The notes below the pieces were generated by a model. The model saw nothing but the letters and a program-made list of their open reading frames with translations, was not told where the DNA came from and searched no databases. DNA of 64,000 nucleotides, taken from NCBI GenBank assembly GCA_963800505.1, contig CAWDBL010000024.1, positions 878 to 64,877 on the forward strand, written 5' to 3'. The stretch comes from an uncultured Actinomycetota bacterium. GTDB taxonomy: Bacteria > Actinomycetota > Actinomycetes > Actinomycetales > Dermatophilaceae. Below, in pieces: positions 56,952 through 64,000 of this stretch. Numbering within the stretch: the stretch's first letter is position 1; each line of letters begins with the position of its first letter. A program made the position numbers and the translations under genes.

Positions 56952-58916
56952 ATGAGCGCGAGCACGGGGACCACGCACACCGACGACCCGACCGGCGGCG
57001 AGGCGTCGCGGGTCTCCGAGCGCGAGGCGCGAGACGTCGCGGAACAGGCGCGCGAGAGCGGGTGGAGCAAGCCGTCATTCGCCAAGGGGCTCTACCTCGG
57101 TCGCTTCGACCTCGACCTGGTGCACCCGCACGCGCGGCCGGATGCCGACGACGAGGCACGAGGCGAGGCGTTCCTCGCCCGTCTGCGGGAGGTCTGCGCC
57201 GGCATCGACGGGGCGCGGATCGAGCGCGAAGCGCAGATCCCCGACGAGGACATCAAGGCGCTCGCGGACATCGGGGCGTTCGGGATGAAGATCCCCACGG
57301 AGTACGGGGGGCTCGGGCTGACGATGCGCTCCTACGGCCGGGCCCTGATGCTGATCGGGTCGGTGCACCCGGCCTTCGGTGCGATGCTGTCGGCACACCA
57401 GTCGATCGGCGTGCCCGAGCCGGTCAAGCTGGTGGGGACGCCGGAGCAGAAGGAGCGCTTCCTGCCGCGGTGCGCTGCGGGGGCCATCTCCGCGTTCCTG
57501 CTCACCGAGCCCGACGTCGGGTCCGACCCGGCGCGGATGGAGAGCACCGCTGTGCTCACCGACGACGGGAGCGCCTACCTGCTCGACGGCGTGAAGCTGT
57601 GGACCACCAACGGGGTGGTTGCCGAGCTGCTGGTCGTGATGGCGCGGGTGCCGAAGCATGCCGGTGGGCGGGGCGGCATCACCGCCTTCGTCGTCGAGGG
57701 GGACGCGCCCGGCATCACGGTCGAGCGGCGCAACGGCTTCATGGGGCTGCGCGGCATCGAGAACGGCCTGACCCGGCTGCACCAGGTGCGGGTGCCGGTC
57801 GAGAACCGGCTGGGCAAGGAGGGCGAAGGGCTGAAGATCGCCCTGACCACGCTCAACGCCGGCCGGCTGTCGATCCCGGCGATGTGCTCGGCCACCGGCA
57901 AGTGGTCGCTGAAGATCGCGCGCGAGTGGTCCTCCGAGCGGGTGCAGTGGGGGCTCCCGGTCGGCCGGCACGAGGCGGTGGCCGGGAAGATCGCGTTCAT
58001 CGCCGCGACCGCGTACGCCATGGAGTCGGTGGTCGAGCTGACCTGCGCGATGGCCGATGCCGGGGAGACCGACATCCGGATCGAGGCGGCGCTGGCCAAG
58101 CTGTGGGCCAGCGAGATGGCGTGGCTCATCGCCGACGAGCTGGTGCAGATCCGCGGGGGCCGGGGCTACGAGTCGGCGGCGTCGCTGGCGGCTCGGGGCG
58201 AGCGGGCGGTGCCGGCCGAGCAGCAGCTGCGCGACGTGCGGATCAACCGGATCTTCGAGGGCTCGAGCGAGATCATGCACCTGCTCATCGCCCGGGAGGC
58301 CGTCGACGAGCACCTCAAGGCGGCCGGCGACCTGGCCTCGGCCGATGCTGACCTGTCGGCCAAGGCGCGAGCGGCCGCTGGGGCGAGTGGGTTCTACGCG
58401 AAGTGGCTGCCGCAGCTGGTGACCGGCGCAGGGTCGGTGCCGACGTCGTTCGGGGAGTTCGGCCCGCTGGCCCGGCACCTGCGCTACGTCGAGCGGTCGT
58501 CGCGCCGGCTGGCGCGCCAGACGTTCTACGGGATGTCGCGCTGGCAGGCCGCGATGGAGCACCACCAGCGGTTCCTGGGCCGCGTCGTCGACATCGGGGC
58601 GGAGCTGTTCGCGATGGCGGCCGCGTGCGTGCGGGCCGAGATGCTGCTCGCGGAGGACCCGGAGCGGGGCCGGTCGGCGCAGCGGCTGGCGGACGCCTTC
58701 TGCGGGCAGGCGCGGATGCGGGTCGACGTGCTGTTCGACGAGCTGTGGACCAACTCGGACGACACGGACCGCAAGCTGGCCGCGTCGGTGCTCGCCGGTG
58801 ACCTCACCTGGCTCGAGGAGGGTGTGCTCGACCCGAGCGAGGGCACCGGGCCGTGGATCGCGCGGTGGGAGCCCGGAGCCAGCTCGGCGGAGTCGGTCTG
58901 GCGGGCGGTGCGCTGA
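56952..58916 (+). CDS. Long acyl-CoA dehydrogenase (FadE-like with a C-terminal extension)
   Basis: 'FLLTEPDVGSDPA', 'KLWTTNG', 'IRGGRGYE', 'RINRIFEGSSEIM'. Confidence 0.9.
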   Translation: MSASTGTTHTDDPTGGEASRVSEREARDVAEQARESGWSKPSFAKGLYLGRFDLDLVHPHARPDADDEARGEAFLARLREVCAGIDGARIEREAQIPDEDIKALADIGAFGMKIPTEYGGLGLTMRSYGRALMLIGSVHPAFGAMLSAHQSIGVPEPVKLVGTPEQKERFLPRCAAGAISAFLLTEPDVGSDPARMESTAVLTDDGSAYLLDGVKLWTTNGVVAELLVVMARVPKHAGGRGGITAFVVEGDAPGITVERRNGFMGLRGIENGLTRLHQVRVPVENRLGKEGEGLKIALTTLNAGRLSIPAMCSATGKWSLKIAREWSSERVQWGLPVGRHEAVAGKIAFIAATAYAMESVVELTCAMADAGETDIRIEAALAKLWASEMAWLIADELVQIRGGRGYESAASLAARGERAVPAEQQLRDVRINRIFEGSSEIMHLLIAREAVDEHLKAAGDLASADADLSAKARAAAGASGFYAKWLPQLVTGAGSVPTSFGEFGPLARHLRYVERSSRRLARQTFYGMSRWQAAMEHHQRFLGRVVDIGAELFAMAAACVRAEMLLAEDPERGRSAQRLADAFCGQARMRVDVLFDELWTNSDDTDRKLAASVLAGDLTWLEEGVLDPSEGTGPWIARWEPGASSAESVWRAVR

Positions 58917-58939
58917 GCCGGGGGCGGCCGGTGAGCGGC

Positions 58940-60016
<1,077 letters not shown>

Positions 60017-60211
60017 TCACGATGCGGGAGGCGCGGTGCACTTGGCAGTCCAGGTCTGGCCCGGTTTGGTCTGGTCTGGTCGAGTCAGGTCAGGTAGCGG
60101 CAGAGCTCGCGTTCGAGGTGGCTGGTCAGCCGCGGTCGTCGTGCTGGTCGTGGTCGTCCGGTCGCCGTGCTGCTGAGGGTGCGTGGTCGGCGCAGTGCTC
60201 GCTTTCGCCGC

Positions 60212-60487
60212 TCACCGGGCCGTGGCGAGCCTGACGCGTGACGGACGGCGAGGCGCGTCCGGGCGTGTCGGGCCCTGTGTCGGCTCGGGGCTCGCCGCGA
60301 CGGCGTCGCTGGTCGCAGTCGACTCGTTGGGCAGGGCGGCGGTGGTGGTCGGTGGGAAGGACAGGCTGCCCCAGCCGAGCAGCGGTGGTGGTTCGGCGTC
60401 GTAGGTGTGCCCCAGTGGTGTGGTCACCCGCACCACCCGCCTCGCCCCAGGTGTGGCCTCGCCCGGCTCATGCTGGCGTCGGTGCGC
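60212..60487 (-). other. Out-of-frame remnant carrying the canonical C-terminal motif of DUF222/HNH proteins
   Basis: The frame open from 60487 reads '..VVRVTTPLGHTYDAEPPPLLGWGS..'. The 'TTPxGHxY...PPLL' tail normally ends REP13E12-like HNH proteins. Confidence 0.4.
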
Positions 60488-62021
60488 TCACGTATCGCCG
60501 CTGAGGCGCCTGCGTTCCCCGTCGGCGCGCATGGCTCACCGCGCTCGTCGCTGTCGGTCGCGGCCGCTGCTCGGAACTGCTCGCGCGCACACCGATGTCG
60601 GCGTCAGCCAGGATCACGCGGGTGCGCCAGCCGGGGGCTTCCTTGGCGTAGTTGCACCGGGCGCACTTGCCGTTGCCCTCCTCGAACGAGGTCTCAGCGT
60701 GCTCACGCACCGGGGTCGCATGGTCGGCGTGCACGATCGGCGCCTCACACCACGAGGTGGTGCACACGTCATCACGCAGCACCAGCATCCGCCGCAGCAT
60801 CCCCCCGAACACCCGCCGGCGTGAGTCCATCGCGACCAGGTCCCGCCCGTCCGGGGTCGTGTACAACCGCCGCACCCACACCCGCGCAACCGACGGCTGC
60901 TCCGCAGCCGTACCGGCCGGTGTTCGATCCGGCACGGCCTGCGGTGGCTTCGCGGTGGCGGTGGTGAGCGGTGGAGCGTCGAGGCCTTCCCGCAGCCAGG
61001 CCCGGGCCACCGCGGCCGGCACCGACCCGTGGCCCGGGATCCGGGCCGGCTCAAACACCGACCGGTCACCGTTGCCGGTGCCGAGCAGGGCCCGGTCGGT
61101 CATCACCAGCTGCACCTCCACCGGCTGCGGCTGACCGGTCGCCCGCCCCGACAACAACCGCAGCGCCGTGTCGGCCGCGACCGCACCCACCCCACGCCCC
61201 TCCGGGGGCTCATCGGGGCACTGACCACCCACCACACCGCGGGCTCGGGCCTGCACCGCCGCGTGCGCGCCGACCACGTCCTTCAACGGGCCGAGGACGG
61301 TCAGGTACGCCATCCCGTCCGGAGCCGGCCGCACACTGACCCGGCGGCTCCGCGCCGCCGCCTCCATCCGCGCCACCACCGACGCCGCGTCCAGCTCCGC
61401 CGCGACCCGCGCCGCCGCCGCACCCGCCTGCCGCACCCCCAACCGGGACAACAACGGCCCCACCCGAGCATCCACCTCGCCCCGGTCCTCCAGCGACAGC
61501 GTCGCCGTCGCCGCAACCACCGCCACCGCGACCCGCTCGCTGATCTCACCCCCGGACAGCGCGGCCATCGTCACCGGCATCTCGTGCACCAACGCCCGCG
61601 ACAACCCCACAAACCGGTCCCCCAAGGTCGGCGACTCCCGCCGCGCCAACGCCACCACCGACCCCACCGACCGGGCCACATCTTGCGGAGCCACCACCTC
61701 CCGCGAACACCGCAACGCATCCGCCGCCCGCGCCTGCACCGCCGACGACGCACCCTTGACCCGCTCCAAACCCGCGACCAGCTCCACCCGCTCCCGATCC
61801 GTCAGCGAGTCGGCATCCACCCCGGCCAGCCACGCCCGAAACGTGTCGACCGCCACCACAACATCAGCGCCAAGGTCACCAGCCGCAGCGTCAGCAGCCG
61901 CAGCCGGCGGGCTCACGGCATCCGACAACCGGCCCGGCACCACCGAACCCGGGCCCACGACCCGCCCCTCCAACGCCCCCGCATCCATGCACCAATCGTA
62001 CAAACGTCCACCGACAGTCAC
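60468..62021 (-). CDS. DUF222 + HNH endonuclease protein (REP13E12-like family), C-terminus probably disrupted
   Basis: 'DRERVELVAGLERVKGASSAVQARAADAL' (DUF222). HNH region 'LRDDVCTTSWCEAPIVHADHATPV......GNGKCARCNYAKEAPGW'. Start is GTG 62021 or ATG 61988. Confidence 0.8.
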   Translation of the reverse strand: MTVGGRLYDWCMDAGALEGRVVGPGSVVPGRLSDAVSPPAAAADAAAGDLGADVVVAVDTFRAWLAGVDADSLTDRERVELVAGLERVKGASSAVQARAADALRCSREVVAPQDVARSVGSVVALARRESPTLGDRFVGLSRALVHEMPVTMAALSGGEISERVAVAVVAATATLSLEDRGEVDARVGPLLSRLGVRQAGAAAARVAAELDAASVVARMEAAARSRRVSVRPAPDGMAYLTVLGPLKDVVGAHAAVQARARGVVGGQCPDEPPEGRGVGAVAADTALRLLSGRATGQPQPVEVQLVMTDRALLGTGNGDRSVFEPARIPGHGSVPAAVARAWLREGLDAPPLTTATAKPPQAVPDRTPAGTAAEQPSVARVWVRRLYTTPDGRDLVAMDSRRRVFGGMLRRMLVLRDDVCTTSWCEAPIVHADHATPVREHAETSFEEGNGKCARCNYAKEAPGWRTRVILADADIGVRASSSEQRPRPTATSAVSHARRRGTQAPQRRYVSAPTPA

Positions 62022-62038
62022 CCGAAACGACCAACACC

Positions 62039-62076
62039 TGTGGACAACTCAAGACCCGAACACGCCCTGTGGACAA
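62039..62076 (-). promoter_or_regulatory. Two perfect DnaA-box 9-mers (TTGTCCACA) in direct orientation
   Basis: Plus-strand tgtggacaa at 62039-62047 and 62068-62076, each within the 12-bp repeat cctgtggacaac, 18-55 nt upstream of the HNH gene start. Confidence 0.35.
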
Positions 62077-62151
62077 CCGGATCCGAGCAACGAAGGTGAC
62101 CGGCCCACACCCGGCCCCAACCTTCCCCCACGACGCGCTGGCGAGAGCCGC

Positions 62152-63369
62152 TCACCCGGTCGACCGCAGGATCGCCGCGATCTCCCCGAGCCCGAGCCGC
62201 TCGGCGTGCTCCAGCGCCGTCACCCCGTCGCGATCGCCGATCGAGGCATCGGCACCGGCGCCGAGCAGGATCCGCACGACCTCCTGGTGCCGCACGCCCC
62301 CGTCGCCGAGGATCACCGCCTCGAGCAACGCGGTCCACCCCAGCGCGTTCACGTGGTTGACGTCGATGCCGGTCGACACCACCCGCCGCACGTACTCCAC
62401 GTGGCCCCGCTCGCTCGCCGGGATCACCGACACCCCGCCGAACCGGTTGACCAGCCCCAGGTCGGGCCCGGCCGGCAGCAGCGCCTCCAGCATCGCGACA
62501 CTCCCGGTCACCCCGGTGACCAGCCACGGTGTGTCGTGCTGGTCGTCGAGGGCATCAGGGTCGGCCCCCATGGCGACCAGCACCCGCGCCGCCTCGACGT
62601 GGTCCCCGGCGGACGCCAGCAGCAGCGCCGTCCGCCCCGACGCGTCCCGCGCCTCCAGCCGCGCCCCGTCGCGCAGCGCCAGCGCCACGGCATCGGCGTC
62701 ACCAGACCCGGCCGCCGCCAGCAGCGCGGCATCCGGGTCGGACGACGGGCGGTGGCCATCGGCTGCACTCAGCACGCGTTCCAGTGTGGGGTACCCCCGC
62801 TCACGCGCCATCTGCAACGGCGTCAAGCCCTCGGTCACCGACGGACGTCCCAGCTCCACTCCACCCGCCACAAGCACCTGCACCGTCGCCACCTCGGGCG
62901 CAGCATCCGCCCCGAACCACACCGCTTCGTGCACCGCCTGGTACCCGATCCGGTTCACGTGGTCCTTGTCGATGCCGGCCCGCAGCAGCCGCCCCACCAC
63001 CAGGTGGTGCCCCCGCTCGGCTGCGCGGATCAGCCCCGTCCCGTTCCACGAGTCCTTCGCGTCGACGTCCGCGCCCGAGGCCAGTGCGAGCTCGAGCAGG
63101 TCGAGGTACCCCTCGCTCGTCGCGATCAGGTAGGCCGACTGCTGCGTCTCGTCCTCGGCGTCGACGTCCGCTCCCTGCTGCACCAGCCGGCGCGCCGTCG
63201 GCACGTCGTTCGCCCAGGCGGCATCGCGCAGCGCCGCGTCCAGCGCGACGCTCGCCGACGGTCGCGCCGTGGGGCCGGGCTCCCCACCCACCGTGCAACC
63301 GCCGAGCACGAGCACGGCCACGGATGCCGTGACGAGCCCGCCGCTGCGACGGAACCGACGCGTTCTCAC
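62152..63369 (-). CDS. Exported ankyrin-repeat lipoprotein
   Basis: ORF 62152..63555 trimmed to GTG 63369. Signal peptide plus lipobox 'VLVLGGCT'. Repeated 'G.TPL..A...GH...V..LL..GAD.' units throughout. Confidence 0.8.
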   Translation of the reverse strand: MRTRRFRRSGGLVTASVAVLVLGGCTVGGEPGPTARPSASVALDAALRDAAWANDVPTARRLVQQGADVDAEDETQQSAYLIATSEGYLDLLELALASGADVDAKDSWNGTGLIRAAERGHHLVVGRLLRAGIDKDHVNRIGYQAVHEAVWFGADAAPEVATVQVLVAGGVELGRPSVTEGLTPLQMARERGYPTLERVLSAADGHRPSSDPDAALLAAAGSGDADAVALALRDGARLEARDASGRTALLLASAGDHVEAARVLVAMGADPDALDDQHDTPWLVTGVTGSVAMLEALLPAGPDLGLVNRFGGVSVIPASERGHVEYVRRVVSTGIDVNHVNALGWTALLEAVILGDGGVRHQEVVRILLGAGADASIGDRDGVTALEHAERLGLGEIAAILRSTG

Positions 63370-63779
63370 CCGACCATCATGGACGCGCGCAGCCGAGGCG
63401 GCGACGCCGCCGGCCGCGCCGCACACGCGTCGGCACGGACGCGCCGCCCCCTCGGGTTCGACGTGTCCGTGCCGACGGCGGTCCGTCGCACGGACCGCGT
63501 GGTGCGATGACGGGTCCGCGTAGGACTCACCACCGCGCCACCAGAGTGCTGCCAAAGTTCCGCTCGCGCCACTCGACTGCGAGTTCTCGCAATGGTGGAG
63601 CCGTCACGGCGCCCGGATGCGGTGCCCGCCCCGTCGCACGCCGGTGCGGCGCTGCCCGCCCCATGTGACATGTCGCACCCACTGAGCCCCTCACCTGCGC
63701 GAATACACTTACGCAGCACGTCCACGAGGCCCGGACATGCCCACGAGACGAAAGGGCAGGTCGCAATCCGGTGGACCCG

Positions 63780-64000
63780 ATGACCACGCCCGAGCCGGCC
63801 GACCCGCCCGAGGAGTACCTCGCGTTCGTGACCCTGACCCAGTCGCTGATGGCCGAGCGCGATGCGTCGTTGCGATACCTGGGCATGAGCGCAGAGGCCG
63901 GCCGCGCCCTGGCCGCGCTGGCCGGGCAGACCCGGTCGACCATCTGGATCGCACAGCGCCGTGTGTCGTTCTACGCGTTGCGCGAGGGGCGCCGCCTGGA
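63780..64000 (+). CDS. Hypothetical protein, N-terminal fragment running off the window end
   Basis: ATG 63780. The open frame to the window end has high third-position GC: 'MTTPEPADPPEEYLAFVTLTQSLMAERDASLRYLGMSAEAGRALAAL...'. No family recognised. Confidence 0.4.
   Translation, partial: MTTPEPADPPEEYLAFVTLTQSLMAERDASLRYLGMSAEAGRALAALAGQTRSTIWIAQRRVSFYALREGRRL

Noticed and set aside
60040-60110. Short GGTCTGG / GTCAGG tandem motifs between asd and the HNH remnant
   Set aside because: These are low-complexity, imperfect repeats of 2-3 copies each. I can find no palindromic structure or coding consequence, and they probably arose by slippage in decaying DNA.
62039-62076. Possibility that the DnaA boxes mark oriC
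   Set aside because: There are only two boxes, no AT-rich unwinding element, and no dnaA/dnaN nearby. Actinobacterial origins carry many more boxes.
61756-63510. 584-aa forward ORF antisense to the ankyrin-repeat gene and the start of the HNH gene
   Set aside because: It is a Pro/Arg/His-rich translation with no motifs. The reverse frame gives a clean ankyrin repeat periodicity plus a lipoprotein signal.

Overview
High-GC (about 70%+) actinobacterial chromosomal segment, densely coded on both strands. I support about 70 protein genes, one tRNA-Asn and no rRNA, CRISPR, transposase or integrase. All calls come from reading the ORF translations for family motifs plus start/stop geometry; no homology search was run. 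Many starts were reset using the 4-nt GTGA/ATGA start-stop overlaps that are pervasive here. Conserved core blocks:
- an RR / histidine kinase / LpqB-like lipoprotein operon
- dnaG-dgt beside tRNA-Asn
- glyQS
- znuA-znuC-znuB-zur preceded by a double Zur box
- uppS-recO
- leuA with a candidate Leu-rich leader peptide
- asd
Accessory content:
- a STAS partner-switch-like mini-operon
- an ABC-2 exporter with a coupled secreted protein
- a POT peptide transporter preceded by a 3 x 20-bp G-rich tandem repeat
- a DUF559/AbiEi-like gene bracketed by copies of a hairpin repeat
- vapBC
- a bona fide-looking ACC deaminase coupled to a DDAH-type amidinotransferase and a GNAT
- a bacterial ACBP
- a secreted 5'-nucleotidase and an S8 protease
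- a DUF222/HNH (REP13E12-like) gene with two perfect DnaA boxes upstream
- an exported ankyrin-repeat lipoprotein
The most interesting candidate system is an Hsp90-family GHKL ATPase translationally coupled (ATGA) to a 935-aa TPR-like repeat protein. It is divergent from an ECF sigma / membrane protein pair and next to vapBC, inside a ~13.5-kb segment that separates dgt from glyQS.
Caveat: at least five conserved-family genes need a frame change to be read through (sseA-like rhodanese, the ECF sigma, a beta-lactamase-family hydrolase, a small conserved ORF, and the HNH gene tail). Either the assembly carries indel errors or the strain carries several pseudogenes.
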